Positions 20,052 through 29,867 of a DNA stretch of 64,000 nt are shown one piece after another. The stretch comes from a virus. Its lineage: Duplodnaviria; Caudoviricetes. Within the stretch, counting starts at the first letter, position 1. Every line of letters begins with the position of its first letter. The translations under genes and the position numbers were made by a program. The DNA is taken from positions 1,916 to 65,915 of IMG/VR virus record IMGVR_UViG_3300009181_000072, one strand, 5' to 3'. The notes below the pieces were generated by a model that ran no database searches, was not told the origin of the DNA, and worked only from the letters and a program-made list of their open reading frames with translations.

Positions 20052-20608
20052 AAATATGCATCACCGGCAATCCGGCAGTTGGTATAGCTAAAGAACTTGT
20101 AGCTATCTATCCAGCTGCTACTTTCATTAGTCGATCAACCGGATACGATTTAACTACAGCTAGGGACCAAGAGCGATGTGCAGAAGTGTGCTTGCAACAC
20201 GATGTGTTTATTAATAACTCGGCTTTATGGAAATTTAATCAAACGGTCTTATTAGATACTGTATATAAAAAGTGTATTGCTGCTGATCATTGGATGCATA
20301 TAGTCTGCGTCGGTAGTACAACTGATAGAGTGAAAAACGGTAAAGTTTGGTTGTATAATGCTGATAAGAAGGCACTTCGAGATTACTGCAACACACTTGC
20401 ATTGAGCGGAGTATGGGGCGTTGGTCCAAAGATAAGCTACATTAGCATGGGTACATTATCAAACAACCAGCACAAACATTCAGATAGGAAATGCTTAGAT
20501 ATTGCCGAAGCTGCCAAATACATAGAGTGGTTGACTAATCAACCTAAATATGTAAACATTAATGAGATAAGCATTGATCCAATGCAGGACAGGCGATGGT
20601 ATGAGTGA
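20048..20608 (+). CDS. Compact short-chain dehydrogenase/reductase (SDR-like)
   Basis: KICITGNPAVGIA Rossmann start, DVFINNS, VGS, YxxxK (YNADK), VNINEISI. Confidence 0.8.
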   Translation: MKICITGNPAVGIAKELVAIYPAATFISRSTGYDLTTARDQERCAEVCLQHDVFINNSALWKFNQTVLLDTVYKKCIAADHWMHIVCVGSTTDRVKNGKVWLYNADKKALRDYCNTLALSGVWGVGPKISYISMGTLSNNQHKHSDRKCLDIAEAAKYIEWLTNQPKYVNINEISIDPMQDRRWYE

Positions 20609-21728
20609 ACAGCTTCATCTAAGCAAGTATGACTTTACACAAATACCATTCCAGGACATAACAAAATTTGGTCAACGTACATTGCTGTATAGAGATATAT
20701 TCTGTGTTAGTTGGCTGTTAGGACGATTCTGTAATTATAATTGTAGCTATTGCTGGCCATATGCACGTAGCGATACCAAAGATTATCGCCCGTTTGAGCT
20801 CAATGCTATGACAATGGACGAGATTAAACGCCAAAGCCGAGAACGAAATTTTAACAGCTTTCATTTTAGTTTTAGCGGCGGCGAACCAACTGTGTATCCC
20901 GACTATCTTAGACTACTAACGCACTATAGTAATGACACTGAAAATTGCAATTACCAAAGTGTGCATATGACTAGCAATGTTAGCCAGGGTATGCGATATT
21001 TTGAAAAATATGTCAATGCCACTAAAGATTTGCACCGCGTTAGTGTCACTGCTAGCTGGCACAGAGAACAAGGTATAAAGCAAGGCGATCTAAGAGGCCA
21101 TACTGAGAAATTTGCCGATAAATTGGTTTATCTGCAAGAGAACGACATACAAGTTACTGTTAACACAGTTATGGTTCCAGAGTGGTTCGATACGTTGTAC
21201 GAAGAAGCCGAGTACTTTTTAAGCAGGGGCATTAACGTTACACTTAAACCTCAAAGCGATCCAACTGCTAGCAAAGTGGTAAACGGATACAGCCCAGAGC
21301 AGCTAGCTACATTGCACAATGGTATGCCCCAGAGAGACTTTACTACAGTCAAAAGCAAAGTAGAGCGCCCAAAGCCGCGCATAAGCATGCAGAAGATGAG
21401 CATTGAAAACGGCGATGATGCTACAGTACCTCAGATCATGCAGGTTGAGTTTGAAGATAGCACTGGCAAGAAATGGTATATGGATCAAGCCGAAAGATTC
21501 AATGCGTTTGAGTTTAACAGCTTCAAAGGTTGGGCGTGCGAAAGCGGGTATCGTAGCATCATCATACGAGAACCAGATGGTGCGATCAAACGCAGCTACA
21601 GTTGTGACGATAAACCATTGGGTTATATCGAAACTGGATTTAAACTATTTGACACACCGATGGTATGCATTAGCAACGCATGTGTAAGCTCGGCTGATAG
21701 TAAGATACCAAAACGTAAATCGTTTTGA
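20601..21728 (+). CDS. Radical SAM protein with C-terminal SPASM/twitch-like domain
   Basis: CNYNCSYC, FSGGEP, MTSN, SWH; C-term GWACESG...RSYSC...CISNACVSSAD. Confidence 0.9.
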   Translation: MSEQLHLSKYDFTQIPFQDITKFGQRTLLYRDIFCVSWLLGRFCNYNCSYCWPYARSDTKDYRPFELNAMTMDEIKRQSRERNFNSFHFSFSGGEPTVYPDYLRLLTHYSNDTENCNYQSVHMTSNVSQGMRYFEKYVNATKDLHRVSVTASWHREQGIKQGDLRGHTEKFADKLVYLQENDIQVTVNTVMVPEWFDTLYEEAEYFLSRGINVTLKPQSDPTASKVVNGYSPEQLATLHNGMPQRDFTTVKSKVERPKPRISMQKMSIENGDDATVPQIMQVEFEDSTGKKWYMDQAERFNAFEFNSFKGWACESGYRSIIIREPDGAIKRSYSCDDKPLGYIETGFKLFDTPMVCISNACVSSADSKIPKRKSF

Positions 21729-21788
21729 GATAAAATGAGTGTGTGCAATGTATAGTGCGTTGCCATTTATGATTAGTAGGATATTGTG

Positions 21789-22016
21789 ATGGAAATGACA
21801 CAGTCAACTCAATATGGTAGATTTATAACTCTGCCAAGTAGTGGCAGCAATGACGAGCATTGCTTAGCAATCAATGATTTTCGATTCTATAATGAAAGTC
21901 TAAGTGAGATTTTATCTTGGTACGCAGATCATAAAATTGAACATGTAAAGCAAGGGGTATTATTGAAATTTGTGAATGCCTCAGACAGGGCATTGTTTAG
22001 TCTTACTTGGAATTAA
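21789..22016 (+). CDS. Small hypothetical protein
   Basis: 75-aa ORF with AGGA RBS. Confidence 0.5.
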   Translation: MEMTQSTQYGRFITLPSSGSNDEHCLAINDFRFYNESLSEILSWYADHKIEHVKQGVLLKFVNASDRALFSLTWN

Positions 22017-22030
22017 AGATACTGCTTGTT

Positions 22031-22669
22031 ATGGAAATTATAACGTATAATCATTCCTGCATTGATTTATTACAGCGCTATTTTGACCATCCCTTAACTC
22101 CTGAAAATAATAAGAATCACAAGATTTTTAAGACAGATCTTTATGACGGCGTCAACGGTGTTATGTTTTTAATCCTTGACCATGGCGAGATAGTGTCGAC
22201 ATTCGGTGCTATCAAAGTTGATATGGATTCTAAGATTCAAGCTATAAAAATGCCGCATCGATTGCATGTGAGATCTGATTACACTGCTTATCACCACAGA
22301 TTTGTGGATGATTGGTTTGAACCTCAACTTTATAAATGGATAGAGAGTGTGGGTATTAGAAATATATATCAAACCATGAATTTTGGCAACGAGCGTGCCA
22401 TGTGGTTATCGTCGCTACGTCATAGACGCAGGCGCAGATATCATGTGGATTCTGTTAATTCTCTAGGGCAGCAATTCATAATGGCCAAATGGCAGATACT
22501 ACCATATCTAGTATACGAAAAGCACACATGGCAATATGCATATTGGGCATCGTTGGATAATATTGTTTGGCAAGACAACTGGCGGCAGATTCGCCTGATA
22601 GACCAACCGATGCAAAGCATGTTAGATCAGAAGTTCCATAAAGACGCTAGCGGATCCTGGCTACTTTAA
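22031..22669 (+). CDS. Hypothetical protein (weak GNAT-like appearance)
   Basis: MFLILDHGEIVSTFG...RLHVRSDY pattern; last gene of the + strand operon. Confidence 0.5.
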   Translation: MEIITYNHSCIDLLQRYFDHPLTPENNKNHKIFKTDLYDGVNGVMFLILDHGEIVSTFGAIKVDMDSKIQAIKMPHRLHVRSDYTAYHHRFVDDWFEPQLYKWIESVGIRNIYQTMNFGNERAMWLSSLRHRRRRRYHVDSVNSLGQQFIMAKWQILPYLVYEKHTWQYAYWASLDNIVWQDNWRQIRLIDQPMQSMLDQKFHKDASGSWLL

Positions 22670-23481
22670 ACAGCTGGCAGTTTTATAAGCTTTAGTCGAT
22701 CAAACAACAGCGCTACCCATCTGCCACTGTCGAATTCCCACCAACTGCCGCCTATATCATACCGCCACCCACCCTGTCGATGATGATGGTTGTTGTGCAA
22801 TCCAGTGTGTCCCAACGTTCCCCAGTTGAGAAATATGTTGTTAACGCTGTTGTCGCCTGATTCAAATGGGCGTTCGCTTAGTGGGAAATTGACATGCTCT
22901 AGGTAGTTGGTAACCATGTAGGTGTAATAGTTATAGACTGCAGGCCAAGCACACACGATCATGAATAATTTTGGACTGATTGCAAACGTCGCAATGTAAA
23001 GTGCAAATACTAGATCAAAATAATGCTTGTGTAACCATACATGTATCTTTTCTTTTAAGAAATCTTTGGTATAGAATATGGTTTTATCAAACTTAGTATA
23101 GTCGTAATCTAGACTCAACATCTGCAACAAGCTTAAATGTATTGGACTATGCGGATCGTTAGCAGTATCAGATGTGCTATGGTGCAAACGGTGTAGTGCT
23201 GCCCATGCCAACGGACTCCCTACTCCTGCAGGTATAGTGCATATCACGGTTAATATCTCAAATAGCTTGCTAGCTTTGAATGCTCTGTGGCTATAGTACC
23301 TGTGGTATCCTAGATCCATGAAGATCGAAAGAACAAGTGCTGCTGTAACAGCTAATGCATAGTCTGACAAGTCGAAGATAAAGAACGAGCCTATCAATCC
23401 TATATGTGACAACAAGGTAGCTATTCTAACGAACCAGATATCCGTCTTAATATTAAACTTTTTCTTAAGCCATCGTATCAT
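22666..23481 (-). CDS. Membrane fatty-acid (delta-9-like) desaturase #1
   Basis: His boxes HRYYSH, HRLHH (followed by SDT.NDPHSP), HNNHH; hydrophobic segments. Confidence 0.92.
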   Translation of the reverse strand: MIRWLKKKFNIKTDIWFVRIATLLSHIGLIGSFFIFDLSDYALAVTAALVLSIFMDLGYHRYYSHRAFKASKLFEILTVICTIPAGVGSPLAWAALHRLHHSTSDTANDPHSPIHLSLLQMLSLDYDYTKFDKTIFYTKDFLKEKIHVWLHKHYFDLVFALYIATFAISPKLFMIVCAWPAVYNYYTYMVTNYLEHVNFPLSERPFESGDNSVNNIFLNWGTLGHTGLHNNHHHRQGGWRYDIGGSWWEFDSGRWVALLFDRLKLIKLPAV

Positions 23482-23813
23482 CGTTTATCCTTTGCACTTG
23501 TCCATAATTGATCAAATTCCCTGGCAAGCTCGGGTGACACCCGCCAGTAAAAATCTTCAAACTGCTTCCATGATTTTACTGCCTTAACATGTAATTGGTA
23601 TAATTTTTTATCAAACACACTAAGTTCTTTCCTTGGTATTGGCAGCAGATCAGCATCGCAAGGTATTTTGATACTGTCAGCTGATAATATCATGTACTTA
23701 TAATGTGCATAGTACCAGGGTATATCCATAGCACCATTTAGCATTTGACAGTATTGAATGTTATTTGTGCTGGTATATACATTGCTAAATTCAGTGCCTA
23801 CTACGTATATCAT
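23478..23813 (-). CDS. Hypothetical protein
   Basis: 111-aa ORF with 4-bp ATGA overlaps on both sides. Confidence 0.6.
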   Translation of the reverse strand: MIYVVGTEFSNVYTSTNNIQYCQMLNGAMDIPWYYAHYKYMILSADSIKIPCDADLLPIPRKELSVFDKKLYQLHVKAVKSWKQFEDFYWRVSPELAREFDQLWTSAKDKR

Positions 23814-25396
23814 GACAGGAGTTTGGCCATATATGTTGTGCGTAGCAATTTCTTTCTTTTTTGTGATTCGTTAACATGATTAATATCAGTATTATACATA
23901 TTTTTGATCTCGTGATGTTTGAATCCTAGATTCTTCATGCGATTGTAATCTTGGAAATATGTTAGGCTAAATTTCTGTGGGCATGCAGGATTGTCGTGAA
24001 ACTCTTTTACCAGTGCCCTTGCTTCGTCGCTGGTCATAATTTGACTCTGCCAAGAACTATTACCTAACTTGGCATAACCATATTCATCTGGATTAGCGCT
24101 AATCTTACTCATATGCTTCCAGGTTAATCCTTGTTTATTCTCAGAAAAGCCAGACTCTAATGCAGTAGCCTTTTGTTCTTTTGGAAATTTAATGTTTGGT
24201 GATCCTTCTAGAAAATACGGATACACACCTACGGCTGATAGCGGGTTAGCGTCACTGTATAGATATTCAAAAGTATCGTATATGCTCTCTTTGGTTTCAT
24301 ATGGCAAACCTACTATAAATCCAGCACTCATATAAACATCATCGCCCCAGAGCTTACGAAGCTTTTGCAATGTTTGTTTTAAACTGTCGGGGTCTGCCCC
24401 TTTACCTATATGCTTACCACTTAGCCTATTAAATGTTTCGATACCAAAATTTACAGAAGTTAACCCCATCTCTTTTAGTTTGATTGCCATATCAAAATGC
24501 GTATCTATGATGTCTAGTCTACAGTATGCGCTAAATGTGATTTTAAATGGCAAACTGGTTATGGTAGTGTGTAGATGATCTATCTTTTCCTGACTGTCAT
24601 TGAGCGTGTCGTCGGCTATCATGTAGTCAGTTATACCAAATGTTTCGTAGTTGTATATAAATTCTTCGCGCAGGGTTTCGCTGCACTTGTTATAATCTCC
24701 AAATTTCTTGCCATTGAGATTAAAGCTACAGAAAGAACATTTAAAGATGCACCCTCTAGCTGTTTCTATTGGTATGCTTTCATTTGAAAATAGAAAGTCT
24801 CGATCAGTCCATGTTATTTTACTACTGCTAAATTCTGCAAACGGATACATGGTGTCTGTTAATAGCACTGCATGATTTGTGTGCAAAAATTTGATATCAG
24901 CCCCATATTTGAGATGATTTGCTAAAGCTATAATGCTACCTTCGCCTTGGCCCAATATCCAGTAATCTATGTTTGGTATCTTATGATTGCTTTTTGTAGC
25001 TTTGTACCCACCTACTACTATCTTACAACGGTTGCTACGTTTGCGTATAGTGTTGAAAAAGTGTTCTACAAATGTTGCATCCTGCGGGAACAAATCTGTC
25101 CAGCTGCTGTTCATGATCTGCATGAGACTGGTATTTTGTTCTAATAACGAAACGTATTCGGCATCTGAGTAATATTTGGATAATAGTGTGCTAGCTATAC
25201 CGACTATTATGGTGGTATCATCTAGATATCTATCCAATATCTGATCTAGTTCTTCCTTAGTCAAACTAGCAAAAAACTCTACAACTTGCACATCGTAACC
25301 ATGTGATCGCAATTCGGATGCGATGCGATATGGCCCGCTATACCTACCAAATCCTATCAAACCGTTTATATCGTTGAATATTATTATTTCAGCCAT
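23810..25396 (-). CDS. B12-binding domain radical SAM enzyme (class B-like) #1
   Basis: GPYRIASELRSHGYDVQVVEF, KIVVGG, GQGEGS; ETARGCIFKCSFC; ADDT; FGIET; FIVGLPYET. Confidence 0.9.
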   Translation of the reverse strand: MAEIIIFNDINGLIGFGRYSGPYRIASELRSHGYDVQVVEFFASLTKEELDQILDRYLDDTTIIVGIASTLLSKYYSDAEYVSLLEQNTSLMQIMNSSWTDLFPQDATFVEHFFNTIRKRSNRCKIVVGGYKATKSNHKIPNIDYWILGQGEGSIIALANHLKYGADIKFLHTNHAVLLTDTMYPFAEFSSSKITWTDRDFLFSNESIPIETARGCIFKCSFCSFNLNGKKFGDYNKCSETLREEFIYNYETFGITDYMIADDTLNDSQEKIDHLHTTITSLPFKITFSAYCRLDIIDTHFDMAIKLKEMGLTSVNFGIETFNRLSGKHIGKGADPDSLKQTLQKLRKLWGDDVYMSAGFIVGLPYETKESIYDTFEYLYSDANPLSAVGVYPYFLEGSPNIKFPKEQKATALESGFSENKQGLTWKHMSKISANPDEYGYAKLGNSSWQSQIMTSDEARALVKEFHDNPACPQKFSLTYFQDYNRMKNLGFKHHEIKNMYNTDINHVNESQKRKKLLRTTYMAKLLS

Positions 25397-26543
25397 GGAC
25401 TGATTTCTCTAAGTGATTGTATAATGTTTTCAATTCTGGTACACTGACCGAGACATCCTGACCTCGTAGTTTATCAAGCCGCTCTGTGAATCTAAACCAT
25501 TTTTCTAAAAGTGCAGCATCTTCTCGACCGGTGTGTGCTGCTTCTGCAGTTGGCACGTGTGTTATTAGTTGTTTCTCATAATCTGGCAATATGTGAATCT
25601 TGAGATGCGCTGGATTATACAGAACTTTGTCGTCGTATGTCGGAACGAATCCCAACGATTTTTCGCATTCGGTTTTCAACTTATGATTATCAAATGCATT
25701 GTAAATCATGATGGTATTACTGATAAAGAACTGCGTCACGTTGTCTAATTTTAAGAAGCTCTTTGTGTTTTCTAGAATTTTTGGTACTGGAGTTTCGTTG
25801 CCTCTGATATATTGATTCAATCCGTTGCTGGCATCAATGCTAACACCTAACAATATATCATTAAACTGAGAAATTAGATCTAAAAAATCTGCATCTAATA
25901 TAGTACCATTGGTGGTTAGATCTAAGCTAACTTTGGATTTATCTTTGATGTTAGACAACAGATACATAGTTTCATCTGCATAGCATGGTTCTCCGCCGCG
26001 CAAGCTGATGCAAGTGTGTTCGTCTTTGTTATTGATAATATCCAGCAGTTGGTCTAATTGTTCAATGTTAAGATGGTTATAACGTACAACTTTCTTTTCA
26101 AGCTCAGCTGAATATCCGAATATGCTCTTGATTTCCTGGTCGTGATACTCTGGTATCCATGCTGTGCTCCATTTTGGTTTGCACATGCGACATTTGCTGT
26201 TGCACTTGTTGCTGATATATAACTCGATATAGTTAGTGCGGTGGAATAATCTATCCCCGGCTTGTTCTGCAGTTAGTTGTGACGACAGCTGCAGGTTTTT
26301 CTTTTGTCGCCAGCTAGACAACGATTGACTTTCGTTTTTCCAGCACACATTGCAGGCTGCAGGTCGTTCTCCTGCTAACATTGAATCTTTAAGATCTTGT
26401 AGCTCTGCGCTAGCTAAGTAATTTTTTATGTCTGATTGTCTAACACTATCAACCAAGCAGCACACCTGTACATCGCCCCACGGTTGCAGCACTATCCCTT
26501 GCCACGGTAGTGCACACCACGACTGCGATACTGCATCAGGCAT
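25389..26543 (-). CDS. Radical SAM protein with N-terminal twitch-like domain (#8)
   Basis: WCALPW...VCC...CNVCW; CNSKCRMC; GGEP; TTNGT; SIDA; YIRG; LDKLRG. Confidence 0.9.
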   Translation of the reverse strand: MPDAVSQSWCALPWQGIVLQPWGDVQVCCLVDSVRQSDIKNYLASAELQDLKDSMLAGERPAACNVCWKNESQSLSSWRQKKNLQLSSQLTAEQAGDRLFHRTNYIELYISNKCNSKCRMCKPKWSTAWIPEYHDQEIKSIFGYSAELEKKVVRYNHLNIEQLDQLLDIINNKDEHTCISLRGGEPCYADETMYLLSNIKDKSKVSLDLTTNGTILDADFLDLISQFNDILLGVSIDASNGLNQYIRGNETPVPKILENTKSFLKLDNVTQFFISNTIMIYNAFDNHKLKTECEKSLGFVPTYDDKVLYNPAHLKIHILPDYEKQLITHVPTAEAAHTGREDAALLEKWFRFTERLDKLRGQDVSVSVPELKTLYNHLEKSVHG

Positions 26544-27333
26544 TGATAGTAACCAACCTCATAGTACGTAGTAATCTTATTACTATTGCTATGATGTCTA
26601 TCTCAAACCAGCGGTGCTGGAAATTGTAACTATATGGTTTTTCGTGGTGATTGTTATGCCAGCCTTCTCCAAACGTGAATATAGCAAAGAGTGGCAGATT
26701 CTTGCTATTCTCGTTGGTATCAAAATTACGATAACCTATTATCTTAGGCACATGCATTGACGTATGTGCCAGTGCATTTACTATGCTAGATCCGTGCCAT
26801 TGCCACATTGCGGGTATCCAGTGTAATACTAACACCCACATCGGGCCAAGGCAAACGGCTAGCAATACGCTCCATACTATGTTAATAGTCCAGTAATTTT
26901 TATGGAAAAACAGCACATCTTTGTCGCGCAATAGGTCTAAGCCGAACCTTTTGACATTTGGGGTATGCATCATGCTAAGGAAATAACTGCCCCAGAACCC
27001 AATGTTTTTGGGGCTGTGTGGATCTTTATCGGTGTCGCTGTGTGCGTGGTGCTCCCGGTGCATGGCCACCCAAGCCAAGCTAGATCCTTGTAAGGCAACT
27101 GTGCTGAGAAATAAACATGCTAATTTAAGTATCCTGCTGCGGAAATCTATAGACCGATGTGATAGATACCTATGATTAAGCATGCTGATGCCAAACGTCA
27201 TAGTAAGAAAATATACACCAAAGCTAGCTAACCATTCCCATCCGCTAGCATATATGGCCATTGGTACAATGGCTGCATGCACCAGGAGTTGTCCTGCTAC
27301 TATCTTATATTTCTCAAGTTTTGTATTGACCAT
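26536..27333 (-). CDS. Membrane fatty-acid (delta-9-like) desaturase #2
   Basis: HRYLSH, HREHHAHSDTDKDPHSP, VNALAH, GEGWHNNHH. Confidence 0.93.
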   Translation of the reverse strand: MVNTKLEKYKIVAGQLLVHAAIVPMAIYASGWEWLASFGVYFLTMTFGISMLNHRYLSHRSIDFRSRILKLACLFLSTVALQGSSLAWVAMHREHHAHSDTDKDPHSPKNIGFWGSYFLSMMHTPNVKRFGLDLLRDKDVLFFHKNYWTINIVWSVLLAVCLGPMWVLVLHWIPAMWQWHGSSIVNALAHTSMHVPKIIGYRNFDTNENSKNLPLFAIFTFGEGWHNNHHEKPYSYNFQHRWFEIDIIAIVIRLLRTMRLVTINA

Positions 27334-28247
27334 TAATCTAATCTCGCTTGTCCGCTCTTTTCGAGATATATCTCGTTGAGCGTTTCTTTGGTTATATTAG
27401 TATAGCGCTGATCGTTGCCAGAACACGGATGCTGTTCAAAATCAGCATCGCTTACAAATCTTACTGGGTCGTGCGGTTGTATCTCTTCAAGATCTTCTTG
27501 GCTTTCTAGACATACTCTGATCTGATATCGTATCTCATCGCCGCGGTTGATAGCATAATGTTCTATCCCTGCATTGATAAAAAATATACCACCATCGGCT
27601 GGTAAATGATATTCGTTCCACCCGCCTGCTGTCTTGACCCCTATCACTGACCCTGGGTTGGTTATTATGGGTATCTGTAGTCGGGTGATGTATTCAGCAC
27701 CGATATCAAAATGTTTGGTTATGAATCGACCTGGGTACAGCGATACCACAGCTGCGCGACAACTGTTGCTTTGGAATGATCCTAAGAATTCGTTGATATA
27801 ACCGGCATTATAAACAGTTGGTTTGGTATAGTTGCGCTCGTCGTAGAACGGGTGATAATATTCACTAGATGTATCTACCATACCTTTAAGTCGCTGTACT
27901 GGTGTAAAGTCGCTGACCTTTTTAGTCATGATGTTACCCAGTGTTTTAGCTTCGTCGGTTAGTTCGTGGAATCCAATCACACTGTATCGCTTGTATACTT
28001 CATCATAATTTTTGATGAAATCGTTGCCTTGTTTATTTTTGAGATCATATGTGTGCTCTGTACTGCTTGGGTCCATCTCAAGCAACCCTTGACTAATTTT
28101 CTCTTCGTTTTCTGCGATGAGATGCATGATTTGAGTTCTTGCGCTGTCAAGATCAATGGTCTTGCGTAATCGACCTATTGGTGGCAAGCTGTGCTTGTTT
28201 TTCCTCGTCTTGATAATGTCTCGGTAATTCATGCCTATTTGATGCAT
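27333..28247 (-). CDS. Asp/Asn beta-hydroxylase-like 2OG-Fe(II) dioxygenase (#2)
   Basis: PGRFITKHFD, RLQIPIITN, HLPADG, EHYAINRGDEIR. Confidence 0.8.
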   Translation of the reverse strand: MHQIGMNYRDIIKTRKNKHSLPPIGRLRKTIDLDSARTQIMHLIAENEEKISQGLLEMDPSSTEHTYDLKNKQGNDFIKNYDEVYKRYSVIGFHELTDEAKTLGNIMTKKVSDFTPVQRLKGMVDTSSEYYHPFYDERNYTKPTVYNAGYINEFLGSFQSNSCRAAVVSLYPGRFITKHFDIGAEYITRLQIPIITNPGSVIGVKTAGGWNEYHLPADGGIFFINAGIEHYAINRGDEIRYQIRVCLESQEDLEEIQPHDPVRFVSDADFEQHPCSGNDQRYTNITKETLNEIYLEKSGQARLD

Positions 28248-28325
28248 GGGGGTATGCCTCCAGTTACGATTGTATTATGCGATCTCTATTGATGTGTTTG
28301 TATTTAAACGTTGTTAAATTTAACA

Positions 28326-29756
28326 TCAATTGGTTAGGTTATCTCTTACATATCTAGTTATAAAGTTTTGTCGTTTGACACGTAGTTCGTCTGATTCGTA
28401 TATACGATTGGTCTGTAACATCACATGATCAATGTCAAACCCCATGCTACAAATATCCCCCAAATGAAATCCGCCAACTGGTAAATCTGACCAGTATTTG
28501 TTCATAACATCGTAAGTAAGTTGTTTAACTGTTGCTCTGGTTAACGACCCGTTGGTCCAATTGATACGATTTTTACCTTTAAATTCATATCCATATTTCT
28601 TATACTGCTTGTCAAATTCGCTATGATAAGCTTTGATGTTCTCTTCTGGATTTATGTGTAACGTGTTAAAGGCCCACGAATGCATGTCATTTTCTATTAA
28701 CCATTGAACATCTGCTTCTAACTCATTGGGTGTCCATCCGGGTAACCCAGTTATCATCAGCAATTCCCAACTGACAGTGGCTTTCCATTCTTGTCGTTGT
28801 TTCAGCAACCATTCTTTAGCATGATGGCCGCTCCAGCCTTTTCCTATTATCTTGCTGCTGTCTTTGTTAAATGACTCTATACCAAAATCAGTGCTTCGCA
28901 TCCCGCTATCTTTAAGCCAATTTGCTGTATGCGGTCGAGCCCATATCAGATCAGCTCGACAAAAACCTATCCATTGTATCTGGAAAGGCAGTCCCTGTGC
29001 TAACTCGAGCAACATCTGAACTTTCTCCTCGCTTTCGTTAACAGTATCATCGGTATACCAATAGCGAGTAGTTCCGTACCGTTCGTAGTTATCTAGTACT
29101 TCATGCCTAAGATCTTGATAACTACGCAGATATGTGCCGGGTTTTTTGCCTATCATTGGAAAGCTGCAGTATTTGCATTTAAATATGCAGCCGCGTCCGA
29201 GTTCGAGTTGTAGAAATTCCTCTGGTCTAATAAAATCACTGTCTTGATAAGTTTTTCTAGTGTCTTTTATATTAAAATCTGGTCGCAGGCATCTAATGCC
29301 TTTCTGCTCATCCATCCATTTTAATATTGAATCTTCGGCATACTTGTGAAAGACTATCCACGGTAACTTGAAATCGTTCATACTATTGGCACCGCCCAAC
29401 AGCCAGTTTACATGTTTATATTTTGCCTCTATATTTCCGCGTACCTGTATTAACCAGCAGGGCTCTGACGCTCCAAAACTTATATCGGCAGTATCGTCGT
29501 GCTCTAATTCAATATTATTATACGAATCCTCGTTGGTATCCCAAAACGTAGTACTAACACCTACAGCTAGGGTACCGCTATCAATATTTTTTTCTATTAT
29601 TGATTGTATGTCTGCTGGATCTAGATCATAGCAAAAATCTATTATCTTTGTTGTGTAACCAAACCGTCTAAGCCATGCTGCTAGTTGATATACACCACCT
29701 GATCTAATCACAACATTGTACTGTTTAGATCCAGTGAGAAATATAATATCTGTCAT
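28326..29756 (-). CDS. B12-binding domain radical SAM enzyme (class B-like) #2
   Basis: GVYQLAAWLRRFGY, VGVSTTF, LLGG; ELGRGCIFKCKYC; TDDT; FGIES; ITGLPG. Confidence 0.88.
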   Translation of the reverse strand: MTDIIFLTGSKQYNVVIRSGGVYQLAAWLRRFGYTTKIIDFCYDLDPADIQSIIEKNIDSGTLAVGVSTTFWDTNEDSYNNIELEHDDTADISFGASEPCWLIQVRGNIEAKYKHVNWLLGGANSMNDFKLPWIVFHKYAEDSILKWMDEQKGIRCLRPDFNIKDTRKTYQDSDFIRPEEFLQLELGRGCIFKCKYCSFPMIGKKPGTYLRSYQDLRHEVLDNYERYGTTRYWYTDDTVNESEEKVQMLLELAQGLPFQIQWIGFCRADLIWARPHTANWLKDSGMRSTDFGIESFNKDSSKIIGKGWSGHHAKEWLLKQRQEWKATVSWELLMITGLPGWTPNELEADVQWLIENDMHSWAFNTLHINPEENIKAYHSEFDKQYKKYGYEFKGKNRINWTNGSLTRATVKQLTYDVMNKYWSDLPVGGFHLGDICSMGFDIDHVMLQTNRIYESDELRVKRQNFITRYVRDNLTN

Positions 29757-29867
29757 AAAATTCTGATCCCTGCATATCGTTATTTAAATGCATACTGCAA
29801 TAGATGATTGATATTGCAGTCAGACATCTGTTTGAATTGCAGCGTATTTTTTGATGTACTTTTGGTG

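Noticed and set aside
15556-21728. QueE, NrdG or MoaA housekeeping assignments (e.g. 7-deazaguanine DNA modification)
   Set aside because: No queC, queD, folE, dpdA, nrdD or moaC in the window, and the domain layouts differ.
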